Source: Eledone cirrhosa (taxonomy: Eukaryota). From it: a stretch of DNA of 64,000 bases. Below the pieces are notes generated by a model. It had not been told where the DNA came from, did no database searches, and saw only the letters and a list, made by a program, of their open reading frames with translations. Each line of letters opens with the position of its first letter. Positions within the stretch are counted from its first letter, which is position 1. The stretch is taken from positions 276,272,001 through 276,336,000 of the forward strand of contig OZ024740.1 in assembly GCA_964016885.1 (NCBI GenBank), written 5' to 3'. The position numbers and the translations under genes were made by a program. Positions 40,169 to 53,121 of the stretch are shown here, piece after piece.

Positions 40169-40669
40169 TGTACGTTTCTACACGCTACACATGCAAAAAC
40201 ACATATATCTGCTTCACACACTACATACATACATATAGATCTATATACATCTACATATACACATGTACAATGCAGCCATAGACTTTTCATTTTCAGGAAA
40301 CACACACATACTAGTCTGAACATGTCTGACCAAACTTGATTGGAGCGGTTAGCTCTAGTGATGTGACCTCTACGGATCCGATCTGACCAGAACTGTAATT
40401 TTTATCTATTGTTCTAGATACTAAAACTTCCACTACACCCCTCACATCTTTGTATACTTCTTGTCTCTTCTTCTCCTTCTTCTTCTTCAACCCCCTAGAG
40501 CTCTCTCTCTCCCTCTCCCCCTCTCTCTCCCTCTTTCTCTTTCTCTTTCTCTCTCTCTCTATCTCTCTCTCTCTCTCTCCCCCTCTCTCTCTCTCTCTCT
40601 CTCTAGCTGCTCTTCCTTCCTCCTACTATAAACTTGATTTACGTTATTTATGTCTGGCAGGCTTAATAT

Positions 40670-41065
40670 ATTGATGTTGACGTTGATCATAATGCTGCTG
40701 GTCGTGGTTATGTTTGTGATTGTGATGATGATAATGATGGTTGTTATGTTTGTGATTGTGATGATGATAATGATGTTAATGATGGTTGTTATATTTGTGG
40801 TGATGATGATGATGTTGATGATGGTCACGTTTCTGATGATGATGATGATGGTTGTGTTCGTAATGATGATAATGATAATGATGATGATGCTGATGTTTGT
40901 GGTAAGGATGATGATGATGATGATGATGATAATGGTTATGTTCATGATGATGATGATGATGATAATGGTTATGTTCATGATGATGATGATGATGATGATT
41001 ATGTTGGTGTTGATGGTTATGTTCATGTTGATGATGATTGTTTGTGACGATGATGATGAAGTTTG

Positions 41066-41097
<32 letters not shown>

Positions 41098-42725
41098 TTT
41101 CTGTTTGTTGTGATGGTGATGGTGGTGATGGTGATGGTGATAACAATCATTTTGATCATTGTGATGACAATGACAATTGCTATATACATTGTTTCAAACT
41201 CATAATGGTAGTGATGATGGTGATGGTAGTGATGATGGTGATGGTAGTGGTGATGGTGATGATGATGATGATGATGATGATGATGGTGATGGTGATGAGG
41301 CTGGCCATTATGATGAATTGCTATGTATATTATCTTCAAAATGATAATGATTATGGTAATGTTTATGATGATGGCAATGGCAGTAATCACGACAATGGTG
41401 ATGGTGGTGGTGATGGTGATGGTGATGGTGGGGATAATGGTGATGGTGATGGTGAAAGTGATGGTGGGGATAATGGTGATGGTGATGGTGATGGTGGTGA
41501 TAATGGTGATGGTGGGGATAATGGTGATGGTGATGGTGGGGATAATGGTGATGGTGATGGTGAAAGTGATGGTGGGGATAATGGTGATGCTGATGGTCAA
41601 AGTGATGGTGATGATGATGGTGGGGGTGATGGTGATGGTGATGGTGGGGATAATGGTGATGGTGGGGGTGATGGTGATGGTGAAAGTGATGGTGGGGATA
41701 ATGGTGATGGTGATGGTGGTGATAATGGTGATGGTGATAATGGTGGTGATAATGGTGATGGTGATGGTGATGATGATAATGGTGATGGTAGTAGTGGTGC
41801 TTGTGATGATGGTGGTGGTGGTGGTGATAAAGGTGGTGTTGGTGGTGCTGATAGTGATGGTTATGGTGGTGCTGGTGATAAAGGTGGTGATGGTGATGGG
41901 AGTGATGGTGCTTGTGGTGATGGTGATGGTGGTGGTGATAGTGATGATTATGGCGGTGTTGGTGATAAAGGTGGTGATGGTGATGGGAGTGATGGTGCTT
42001 GTGATGATGGTGATGATGGTGATGGTGGTGGTGATAGTGATGATTATGGCGGTGTTGGTGATGAAGGTGGTGATGGTGGTGGTGGTGCTTGTAATGATGG
42101 TGGTGGTGATGGTGGTGGTGCTGGTGGTGGTGGTGATGGTGATGGTGATGGTAGTGGTGGTGGTGCTTGTGATGATGGTGATGGTGATAGTGATGGTTAT
42201 GGTGGTGCTGATGATGGTGGTGGTGATGGTGATGGTAGTGGTGGTGCTTGTGATGATGGTGATAGTGATGGTTATGGTGGTGCTGGTGATGATGGTGGTG
42301 GTGATGGTAGTGGTGGTGCTTGTGATGATGGTGATGGTGATGGTAGTGGTGGTGCTTGTGATGATGGTGATGGTGGTGGTGATAGTGATGGTTATGGTGG
42401 TGCTGGTGGTGCTTGTAATGATGGTGGTGGTTATGGTGATGGTAGTGGTGGTGCTTGTGATGGTTATGGCGGTGCTGGTGGTGGTGCTTGTAATGATGGT
42501 GGTGGTGATGGTGATGGAAATGGTGGTGCTTGTGATGATGGTGGTGGTGATAGTGATGGTTATGGTGGTGCTGGTGATGGTGGTGATGGTGATAGTGATG
42601 GAAATGGTGGTGCTGGTGGTAGTGATGGTTATGGTGGTACTGATGAGTAAGGTGGTGATGGTGGTGGTGTTGATGGTGATAATGGTGGTGTTGATGGTGA
42701 TACAGGTGGTGTTGATGGTGATGAG
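40670..42725. repeat. degenerate (GAT)/(GGT) triplet microsatellite field
   Basis: Direct inspection. Confidence 0.9.
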
Positions 42726-42756
42726 ATTGCTATATCTGTTGTCTTAAAAATTATAA

Positions 42757-42950
42757 TAATTGTTTCTAACATTGGCACAAGGCCAGCAATTTACCAGTGT
42801 ATTACTGGTACTTTATTTTATCGAACCCGTAAAGATGAAAGGCAAAATTAACCTCGGCGGGATTTGAACTCCGATCATAACTGGGGCCGTGACTCTTTGC
42901 TGTAAAGCATGGCGTCCGACCCTCTACCGATACTGCCAATCCACTGCCCT
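42757..42950 (-). mobile_element. SINE family A
   Basis: Full reverse-complement copy. It supplies the 'start' of the 3217-aa ORF. Confidence 0.9.
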
Positions 42951-43008
42951 TAAAAATTATAATAATGTTCATGATAATGGTGGCAGTATTGTTGATGATG
43001 GTGATAGT

Positions 43009-46000
43009 GTTGGTGGTGGTGATGGTAAAGGTGTTGTTAGTGCTGGTGGTGGTGTTGGTGGTGGTGATGGTAAAGGTGTTGTTAGTGCTGGTGGTGGTGT
43101 TGGTGATGGTAAAGGTGTTGTTAGTGCTGGTGGTGGTGTTGGTGGTGGTGATGGTAAAGGTGTTGTTAGTGCTGGTTGTGGTGGTGGTGGTGGTGGTAGT
43201 GATGGTAAAGGTGTTGTTAGTGCTGGTGTTGGTGGTGGTGGTGGTGGTAGTGATGGTAAAGGTTTTGTTAGTGCTGGTGGTGGTGTTGGTGGTAGTGATG
43301 GTAAAGGTGTTGTTAGTGCTGGTGGTGGTGTTGGTGGTGGTGATGGTAAAGGTGTTGTTAGTGCTGGTGGTGGTGTTGGTGGTAGTGAAGGTAAAGGTGT
43401 TGTTAGTGCTGGTGGTGGTGTTGGTGGTAGTGATGGTAAAGGTGTTGTTAGTGCTGGTGGTGGTGTTGGTGGTAGTGATGGTAAAGGTGTTGTTAGTGCT
43501 GGTGGTGGTGGTGTTGGTGGTAGTGATGGTAAAGGTGTTGTTAGTGCTGGTTGTGGTGGTGGTGGTGGTGGTAGTGATGGTAAAGGTGTTGTTAGTGCTG
43601 GTGTTGGTGGTGGTGGTGGTGGTAGTGATGGTAAAGGTTTTGTTAGTGCTGGTGGTGGTGTTGGTGGTAGTGATGGTAAAGGTGTTGTTAGTGCTGGTGG
43701 TGGTGGTGTTGGTGGTAGTGATGGTAAAGGTGTTGTTAGTGCTGGTGGTGGTGGTAGTGATGGTAAAGGTGTTGTTAGTGCTGCTGGTGGTGGTAGTGAT
43801 GGTAAAGGTGTTGTTAGTGGTGGTGTTGGTGGTAGTGATGGTAAAGGTGTTGTTAGTGATGGTGGTGGTGATGGTAAAGGTGTTGTTAGTGCTGGTGGTG
43901 GTGGTGTTGGTGGTAGTGATGGTAAAGGTGTTGTTAGTGCTGGTGGTGGTGTTGGTGGTAGTGATGGTAAAGGTGTTGTTAGTGCTGGTGGTGGTGTTGG
44001 TGGTAGTGATGGTAAAGGTGTTGTTAGTGCTGGTGGTGGTGGTGTTGGTGGTAGTGATGGTAAAGGTGTTGTTAGTGCTGGTGGTGGTGTTGGTGGTAGT
44101 GATGGTAAAGGTGTTGTTAGTGCTGGTGGTGGTGTTGGTGGTAGTGATGGTAAAGGTGTTGTTAGTGCTGGTGGTGGTGTTGGTGGTGGTAGTGATGGTA
44201 AAGGTTTTGTTAGTGCTGGTGGTGGTGTTGGTGGTAGTGATGGTAAAGGTGTTGTTAGTGCTGGTGGTGGTGATGGTGGTAGTGATGGTAAAGGTTTTGT
44301 TAGTGCTGGTGGTGGTGTTGGTGGTAGTGATGGTAAAGGTGTTGTTAGTGCTGGTGGTGGTGTTGGTGGTAGTGATGGTAAAGGTTTTGTTAGTGCTGGT
44401 GGTGGTGTTGGTGGTAGTGATGGTAAAGGTGTTGTTAGTGCTGGTGGTGGTGTTGGTGGTAGTGATGGTAAAGGTGTTGTTAGTGCTGGTGGTGGTGTTG
44501 GTGGTAGTGATGGTAAAGGTGTTGTTAGTGCTGGTGGTGGTGTTGGTGGTAGTGATGGTAAAGGTGTTGTTAGTGGTGGTGTTGGTGGTAGTGATGGTAA
44601 AGGTGTTGTTAGTGCTGGTGGTGGTGTTGGTGGTGGTAGTGATGGTAAAGGTTTTGTTAGTGCTGGTGGTGGTGTTGGTGGTAGTGATGGTAAAGGTGTT
44701 GTTAGTGCTGGTGGTGGTGGTGGTGGTGGTAGTGATGGTAAAGGTTTTGTTAGTGCTGGTGGTGGTGGTGGTGGTGGTGGTAGTGATGGTAAAGGTTTTG
44801 TTAGTGCTGGTGGTGGTGTTGGTGGTAGTGATGGTAAAGGTGTTGTTAGTGCTGGTGTTGGTGGTAGTGATGGTAAAGGTGTTGTTAGTGCTGGTGGTGG
44901 TGTTGGTGGTAGTGATGGTAAAGGTGTTGTTAGTGCTGGTGGTGGTGTTGGTGGTAGTGATGGTAAAGGTTTTGTTAGTGCTGGTGGTGGTGTTGGTGGT
45001 AGTGATGGTAAAGGTGTTGTTAGTGCTGGTGGTGGTGTTGGTGGTAGTGATGGTAAAGGTTTTGTTAGTGCTGGTGGTGGTGTTGGTGGTAGTGATGGTA
45101 AAGGTGTTGTTAGTGCTGGTGGTGGTGTTGGTGGTAGTGATGGTAAAGGTGTTGTTAGTGCTTGTGGTGTTGGTGGTAGTGATGGTAAAGGTGTTGTTAG
45201 TGCTGGTGGTGTTGGTGGTAGTGATGGTAAAGGTGTTGTTAGTGCTGGTGTTGGTGGTAGTGATGGTAAAGGTGTTGTTAGTGCTGGTGGTGGTGTTGGT
45301 GGTAGTGATGGTAAAGGTGTTGTTAGTGCTGGTGGTGGTGTTGGTGGTAGTGATGGTAAAGGTGTTGTTACTGCTGGTGGTGGTGTTGGTGGTAGTGATG
45401 GTAAAGGTGTTGTTAGTGCTGGTGGTGGTGTTGGTGGTAGTGATGGTAAAGGTGTTGTTAGTGCTGGTGGTGGTGGTGGTGGTAGTGATGGTAAAGGTTT
45501 TGTTAGTGCTGGTGGTGGTGTTGGTGGTAGTGATGGTAAAGGTGTTGTTAGTGCTGGTGTTGGTGGTGGTGATGGTAAAGGTGTTGTTAGTGCTGGTGGT
45601 GGTGGTGTTGGTGGTAGTGATGGTAAAGGTGTTGTTAGTGCTGGTGGTGGTGGTGTTGGTGGTAGTGATGGTAAAGGTGTTGTTAGTGCTGGTGGTGGTG
45701 GTGGTGGTAGTGATGGTAAAGGTTTTGTTAGTGCTGGTGGTGGTGGTGTTGGTGGTAGTGATGGTAAAGGTGTTGTTAGTGCTGGTGGTGGTGTTGGTGG
45801 TAGTGATGGTAAAGGTGTTGTTAGTGCTGGTGGTGGTGGTGTTGGTGGTAGTGATGGTAAAGGTGTTGTTAGTGCTGGTGGTGGTGGTGGTGGTGGTGGT
45901 AGTGATGGTAAAGGTGTTGTTAGTGCTGGTGGTGGTGGTGGTGGTGGTAGTGATGGTAAAGGTTTTGTTAGTGCTGGTGGTGGTGGTGTTGGTGGTAGTG

Positions 46001-49000
46001 ATGGTAAAGGTGTTGTTAGTGCTGCTGGTGGTGTTGGTGGTAGTGATGGTAAAGGTGTTGTTAGTGCTGGTGTTGGTGGTGGTGATGGTAAAGGTGTTGT
46101 TAGTGCTGGTGGTGGTGGTGTTGGTGGTAGTGATGGTAAAGGTGTTGTTAGTGCTGGTGGTGGTGGTGGTGGTGGTAGTGATGGTAAAGGTTTTGTTAGT
46201 GCTGGTGGTAGTGGTGGTGGTAGTGATGGTAAAGGTTTTGTTAGTGCTGGTGGTGGTGGTGTTGGTGGTAGTGATGGTAAAGGTGTTGTTAGTGCTGGTG
46301 GTGGTGTTGGTGGTAGTGATGGTAAAGGTGTTGTTAGTGCTGGTGGTGGTGGTGTTGGTGGTAGTGATGGTAAATGTTTTGTTAGTGCTGGTGGTGGTGG
46401 TGTTGGTGGTAGTGATGGTAAAGGTGTTGTTAGTGCTGGTGTTGGTGGTGGTGATGGTAAAGGTTTTGTTAGTGCTGGTGGTGGTGGTGTTGGTGGTAGT
46501 GATGGTAAAGGTGTTGTTAGTGCTGGTGTTGGTGGTGGTGATGGTAAAGGTGTTGTTAGTGCTGGTGGTGGTGGTGTTGGTGGTAGTGATGGTAAAGGTG
46601 TTGTTAGTGCTGGTGGTGGTGGTGTTGGTGGTAGTGATGGTAAAGGTGTTGTTAGTGCTGGTGGTGGTGGTGGTGGTGGTGGTGGTAGTGATGGTAAAGG
46701 TTTTGTTAGTGCTGGTGGTGGTGTTGGTGGTAGTGATGGTAAAGGTGTTGTTAGTGCTGCTGGTGGTGGTGGTGGTAGTGATGGTAAAGGTTTTGTTAGT
46801 GCTGGTGGTGGTGGTGTTGGTGGTAGTGATGGTAAAGGTGTTGTTATTGCTGGTGGTGGTGTTGGTGGTAGTGATGGTAAAGGTGTTGTTAGTGCTGGTG
46901 GTGGTGGTGTTGGTGGTAGTGATGGTAAAGGTGTTGTTAGTGCTGGTGGTGGTGGTGGTGGTGGTGGTAGTGATGGTAAAGGTTTTGTTAGTGCTGGTGG
47001 TGGTGGTGTTGGTGGTAGTGATGGTAAAGGTGTTGTTAGTGCTGGTGGTGGTGTTGGTGGTAGTGATGGTAAAGGTGTTGTTAGTGCTGGTGGTGGTGGT
47101 GTTGGTGGTAGTGATGGTAAAGGTGTTGTTAGTGCTGGTGGTGGTGTTGGTGGTAGTGATGGTAAAGGTGTTGTTAGTGCTGGTGGTGGTGTTGGTGGTA
47201 GTGATGGTAAAGGTGTTGTTAGTGCTGGTGGTGGTGGTGGTGGTGGTGGTAGTGATGGTAAAGGTTTTGTTAGTGCTGGTGGTGGTGTTGGTGGTAGTGA
47301 TGGTAAAGGTGTTGTTAGTGCTGGTGGTGGTGGTAGTGATGGTAAAGGTGTTGTTAGTGCTGGTGGTGGTGTTGGTGGTAGTGATGGTAAAGGTGTTGTT
47401 AGTGCTGGTGGTGGTGGTGTTGGTGGTAGTGATGGTAAAGGTGTTGTTAGTGCTGGTGTTGGTGGTAGTGATGGTAAAGGTGTTGTTAGTGCTGGTGGTG
47501 GTGGTGTTGGTGGTAGTGATGGTAAAGGTGTTGTTAGTGCTGGTGGTGGTGTTGGTGGTAGTGATGGTAAAGGTGGTGTTAGTGCCGGTGTTGGTGGTAG
47601 TGATGGTAAAGGTGTTGTTAGTGCTGGTGGTGGTGTTGGTAGTGATGGTAAAGGTGTTGTTAGTGCTGGTGGTGGTGTTGGTGGTAGTGATGGTAAAGGT
47701 GTTGTTAGTGCTGGTGGTGGTGTTGGTGGTAGTGATGGTAAAGGTGTTGTTAGTGCTGGTGGTGGTGTTGGTGGTAGTGATGGTAAAGGTGTTGTTAGTG
47801 CTGGTGGTGGTGTTGGTGGTAGTGATGGTAAAGGTGTTGTTAGTGCTGGTGGTGGTGGTGTTGTTAGTGCTGCTGGTGGTGTTGATGGTAGTGATGGTAA
47901 AGGTGTTGTTAGTGCTGGTGGTGGTGTTGGTGGTAGTGATGGTAAAGGTGTTGTTAGTGCTGGTGGTGGTGTTGGTGGTAATGATGGTAAAGGTGTTGTT
48001 AGTGCTGGTGGTGGTGATGGTAAAGGTGTTGTTAGTGCTGGTGGTGGTGTTGGTGGTAGTGATGGTAAAGGTGTTGTTAGTGCTGGTGGTGGTAGTGATG
48101 GTAAAGGTTTTGTTAGTGCTGGTGGTGGTGTTGGTGGTAGTGATGGTAAAGGTGTTGTTAGTGCTGTTGGTGGTGTTGGTGGTAGTGATGGTAAAGGTGT
48201 TGTTAGTGCTGGTGGTGGTGTTGGTGGTAGTGATGGTAAAGGTGTTGTTAGTGCTGGTGGTGGTGGTGTTGGTGGTAGTGATGGTAAAGGTGTTGTTAGT
48301 GCTGGTGGTGGTGGTGGTGGTGGTGGTAGTGATGGTAAAGGTTTTGTTAGTGCTGGTGGTGGTGGTGTTGGTGGTAGTGATGGTAAAGGTGTTGTTAGTG
48401 CTGGTGGTGGTGTTGGTGGTAGTGATGGTAAAGGTGTTGTTAGTGCTGGTGGTGGTGGTGTTGGTGGTGGTGATGGTAAAGGTGTTGTTAGTGCTGGTGG
48501 TGTTGGTGGTAGTGATGGTAAAGGTGTTGTTAGTGCTGGTGGTGGTGGTGTTGGTGGTGGTGATGGTAAAGGTGTTGTTAGTGCTGGTGGTGTTGGTGGT
48601 AGTGATGGTAAAGGTGTTGTTAGTGCTGGTGGTGGTGGTGGTGGTAGTGATGGTAAAGGTGTTGTTAGTGCTGGTGGTGGTGGCGGTGGTGGTAGTGATG
48701 GTAAAGGTTTTGTTAGTGCTGGTGGTGGTGGTGGTGGTGGTGGTAGTGATGGTAAAGGTGTTGTTAGTGGTGGTGTTGGTGGTAGTGATGGTAAAGGTGT
48801 TGTTAGTGCTGGTGGTGGTGTTGGTGGTAGTGATGGTAAAGGTGTTGTTAGTGCTGGTGGTGGTGTTGGTGGTAGTGATGGTAAAGGTGTTGTTAGTGCT
48901 GGTGGTGGTGGTGGTGGTGGTAGTGATGGTAAAGGTGTTGTTAGTGCTGGTGGTGGTGGTGGTGGTAGTGATGGTAAAGGTTTTGTTAGTGCTGGTGGTG

Positions 49001-52000
49001 GTGTTGGTGGTAGTGATGGTAAAGGTGTTGTTAGTGCTGGTGGTGGTGTTGGTGGTAGTGATGGTAAAGGTGTTGTTAGTGCTGGTGGTGGTGGTGTTGG
49101 TGGTAGTGATGGTAAAGGTGTTGTTAGTGCTGGTGGTGGTGGTGGTGGTGGTGGTAGTGATGGTAAAGGTTTTGTTAGTGCTGGTGGTGGTGTTGGTGGT
49201 AGTGATGGTAAAGGTGTTGTTAGTGCTGGTGGTGGTGGTGGTGGTAGTGATGGTAAAGGTGTTGTTAGTGCTGGTGGTGGTGGTGGTGGTGGTGGTAGTG
49301 ATGGTAAAGGTTTTGTTAGTGCTGGTGGTGGTGGTGGTGGTGGTGGTAGTGATGGTAAAGGTGTTGTTAGTGCTGGTGGTGGTGTTGGTGGTAGTGATGG
49401 TAAAGGTGTTGTTAGTGCTGGTGGTGGTGGTGGTGGTGGTGGTAGTGATGGTAAAGGTGTTGTTAGTGCTGGTGGTGGTGGTGGTGGTAGTGATGGTAAA
49501 GGTGTTGTTAGTGCTGGTGGTGGTGGTGGTGGTGGTGGTAGTGATGGTAAAGGTTTTGTTAGTGCTGGTGGTGGTGTTGGTGGTAGTGATGGTAAAGGTG
49601 TTGTTAGTGCTGGTGGTGGTGGTGGTGGTGGTGGTAGTGATGGTAAAGGTTTTGTTAGTGCTGGTGGTGGTGGTGTTGGTGGTAGTGATGGTAAAGGTGT
49701 TGTTAGTGCTGGTGGTGGTGTTGGTGGTAGTGATGGTAAAGGTGTTGTTAGTGCTGGTGGTGGTGTTGGTGGTAGTGATGGCAAAGGTGTTGTTAGTGCT
49801 GGTGGTGGTGTTGGTGGTAGTGATGGTAAAGGTGTTGTTAGTGCTGGTGGTGGTGGTGTTGGTGGTAGTGATGGTAAAGGTGTTGTTAGTGCTGGTGGTG
49901 GTGGTGTTGGTGGTAGTGATGGTAAAGGTGTTGTTAGTGTTGGTGGTGGTGGTGGTGGTGGTGGTAGTGATGGTAAAGGTTTTGTTAGTGCTGCTGGTGG
50001 TGGTGTTGGTGGTAGTGATGGTAAAGGTGTTGTTAGTGCTGGTGGTGGTGTTGGTGGTAGTGATGGTAAAGGTGTTGTTAGTGCTGGTGGTGGTGTTGGT
50101 GGTAGTGATGGTAAAGGTGTTGTTAGTGCTGGTGGTGGTGGTGTTGGTGGTAGTGATGGTAAAGGTGTTGTTAGTGCTGGTGGTGGTGTTGGTGGTAGTG
50201 ATGGTAAAGGTGTTGTTAGTGCTGGTGGTGGTGTTGGTGGTAGTGATGGTAAAGGTGTTGTTAGTGCTGGTGGTGGTGTTGGTGGTAGTGATGGTAAAGG
50301 TGTTGTTAGTGGTGGTGTTGGTGGTAGTGATGGTAAATGTGTTGTTAGTGGTGGTGTTGGTGGTAGTGATGGTAAAGGTGTTGTTAGTGCTGGTGGTGGT
50401 GGTGTTGGTGGTAGTGATGGTAAAGGTGTTGTTAGTGCTGCTGGTGGTGTTGATGGTAGTGATGGTAAAGGTGTTGTTAGTGCTGGTGGTGGTGGTGGTG
50501 GTAGTGATGGTAAAGGTGTTGTTAGTGCTGGTGGTGGTGTTGGTGGTAGTGATGGTAAAGGTGTTGTTAGTGCTGGTGGTGGTGTTGGTGGTAGTGATGG
50601 TAAAGGTGTTGTTAGTGCTGGTGGTGGTGTTGGTGGTAGTGATGGTAAAGGTGTTGTTAGTGCTGGTGGTGGTGTTGGTGGTAGTGATGGTAAAGGTGTT
50701 GTTAGTGCTGGTGGTGGTGTTGGTGGTAGTGATGGTAAAGGTGTTGTTAGTGCTGGTGGTGGTGTTGGTGGTAGTGATGGTAAAGGTTTTGTTAGTGCTG
50801 GTGGTGGTGTTGGTGGTAGTGATGGTAAAGGTGTTGTTAGTGCTGGTGGTGGTGTTGGTGGTAGTGATGGTAAAGGTGTTGTTAGTGCTGGTGGTGGTGT
50901 TGGTGGTAGTGATGGTAAAGGTGTTGTTAGTGCTGGTGGTGGTGTTGGTGGTAGTGATGGTAAAGGTGTTGTTAGTGCTGGTGGTGGTGGTAATGATGGT
51001 AAAGGTGTTGTTAGTGCTGGTGGTGGTGTTGGTGGTAGTGATGGTAAATGTGTTGTTAGTGCTGGTGGTGGTGGTGTTGGTAGTGATGGTAAAGGTGTTG
51101 TTAGTGCTGGTGGTGGTGTTGGTGGTAATGATGGTAAAGGTGTTGTTAGTGCTGGTGGTGGTGGTGGTGGTAGTGATGGTAAAGGTGTTGTTAGTGCTGG
51201 TGGTGGTGTTGGTGGTAGTGATGGTAAAGGTGTTGTTAGTGCTGGTGGTGGTGTTGGTGGTAGTGATGGTAAAGGTGTTGTTAGTGCTGGTGGTGTTGGT
51301 GGTAGTGATGGTAAAGGTGTTGTTAGTGCTGGTGGTGGTGTTGATGGTAGTGATGGTAAAGGTGTTGTTAGTGCTGGTGGTGGTGTTGGTGGTGGTAGTG
51401 ATGGTAAAGGTTTTGTTAGTGCTGGTGGTGGTGTTGGTGGTAGTGATGGTAAAGGTGTTGTTAGTGCTGGTGGTGGTGATGGTGGTAGTGATGGTAAAGG
51501 TGTTGTTAGTGCTGGTGGTGGTGGTGGTGGTGGTAGTGATGGTAAAGGTGTTGTTAGTGCTGGTGGTGGTGTTGGTGGTAATGATGGTAAAGGTGTTGTT
51601 AGTGCTGGTGGTGGTGTTGGTGGTAGTGATGGTAAAGGTGTTGTTAGTGCTGGTGGTGGTGGTGGTGGTGGTAGTGATGGTAAAGGTGTTGTTAGTGCTG
51701 GTGTTGGTGGTGGTGATGGTAAAGGTGTTGTTAGTGGTGGTGGTGGTGGTGTTGGTGGTGGTAGTGATGGTAAAGGTGTTGTTAGTGCTGGTGTTGGTGG
51801 TGGTGATGGTAAATGTGTTGTTAGTGCTGGTGGTGGTGGTGTTGGTAGTGATGGTAAAGGTGTTGTTAGTGCTGGTGGTGGTGTTGGTGGTAGTGATGGT
51901 AAAGGTGTTGTTAGTGCTGGTGGTGGTGTTGATGGTAGTGATGGTAAAGGTGTTGTTAGTGCTGGTGGTGGTGTTGGTGGTAGTGATGGTAAAGGTGTTG

Positions 52001-52540
52001 TTAGTGCTGGTGGTGGTGTTGGTGGTAGTGATGGTAAAGGTGTTGTTAGTGCTGGTGGTGGTGGTGGTGGTGGTAGTGATGGTAAAGGTGTTGTTAGTGC
52101 TGGTGTTGGTGGTGGTGATGGTAAAGGTGTTGTTAGTGCTGGTGGTGGTGGTGGTGGTGGTGGTAGTGATGGTAAAGGTGTTGTTAGTGCTGGTGTTGGT
52201 GGTGGTGATGGTAAAGGTGTTGTTAGTGCTGGTGGTGGTGTTGGTGGTGTTGGTGGTGGTGATGGTAAAGGTGTTGTTAGTGCTGGTGGTGGTGTTGGTG
52301 GTAGTGATGGTAAAGGTGTTGTTAGTGCTGGTGGTGGTGTTGGTGGTAGTGATGGTAAAGGTGTTGTTAGTGCTGGTGGTGGTGTTGGTGGTAGTGATGG
52401 TAAAGGTGTTGTTAGTGCTGGTGGTGGTGATGGTAAAGGTGTTGTTAGTGCTGGTGGTGGTGATGGTAAAGGTGTTGTTAGTGCTGGTGGCGGTGGTGGT
52501 GGTGATGGTATTGGTGTTAGTGATGGTTTAAGGTGTTGTT
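43009..52540. repeat. ~9.5-kb minisatellite, modal 45-bp unit GGTAAAGGTGTTGTTAGTGCT(GGT)nGTTGGTGGTAGTGAT
   Basis: Roughly 200 units. Length variation is in whole GGT triplets. Confidence 0.97.
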
Positions 52541-52912
52541 AGTGCTGGTGGGGGTGTTGGTGGTGATGGTGTTGGTGGTAGTGATGGTAAAGGTGATGTT
52601 AGTGCTGGTGGTGATGATGATGGTGTTGGTGGTAGTGATGGTAAAGGTGGTCGTGGTAGTCGTGGCGGTGATGGTGATGATGATTGTTATAACCATTGTC
52701 TTCAAAATTATAATGATTATGGTTGTGGTGTAGATGATGATGATGATGGTAACTATTGCTGTAACAGTTATCTGAGGAGGAGGAGGAGGTAAGGTAGAAG
52801 AGGAAAAGGATAAGTTCTAGTGAAAGTGATAATAAAAATAAGTAATGCTGCAATAAGAAGAATATTGGCGATAACCCTGAGAGCTATGGTGATGATGATG
52901 ATGACGACGTTA

Positions 52913-52943
<31 letters not shown>

Positions 52944-53088
52944 CGTTAATGATGATGATGATGATGATGACGGCGTTAATGATGAGGATGATGATGATGA
53001 TGATGAATCATAGTAAAAAGAAATAGTAGGTAAATTGCACAGACATAGGAAGTATACTGATGTTGAAGATGATGATGATGATGGTATT

Positions 53089-53121
<33 letters not shown>

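Noticed and set aside
40650-42747. Asp/Gly-rich 666-aa ORF resembling a biomineral protein
   Set aside because: Continuous with the GAT/GGT microsatellite field, several frames are open, and there is no splice or signal evidence.
42889-52542. 3217-aa Gly-rich, 3188-aa Val-rich and 2271-aa Pro-rich ORFs as structural-protein genes
   Set aside because: They are by-products of a triplet minisatellite. The longest starts inside an antisense SINE, there is no signal peptide or unique domain, and there is almost no synonymous variation.
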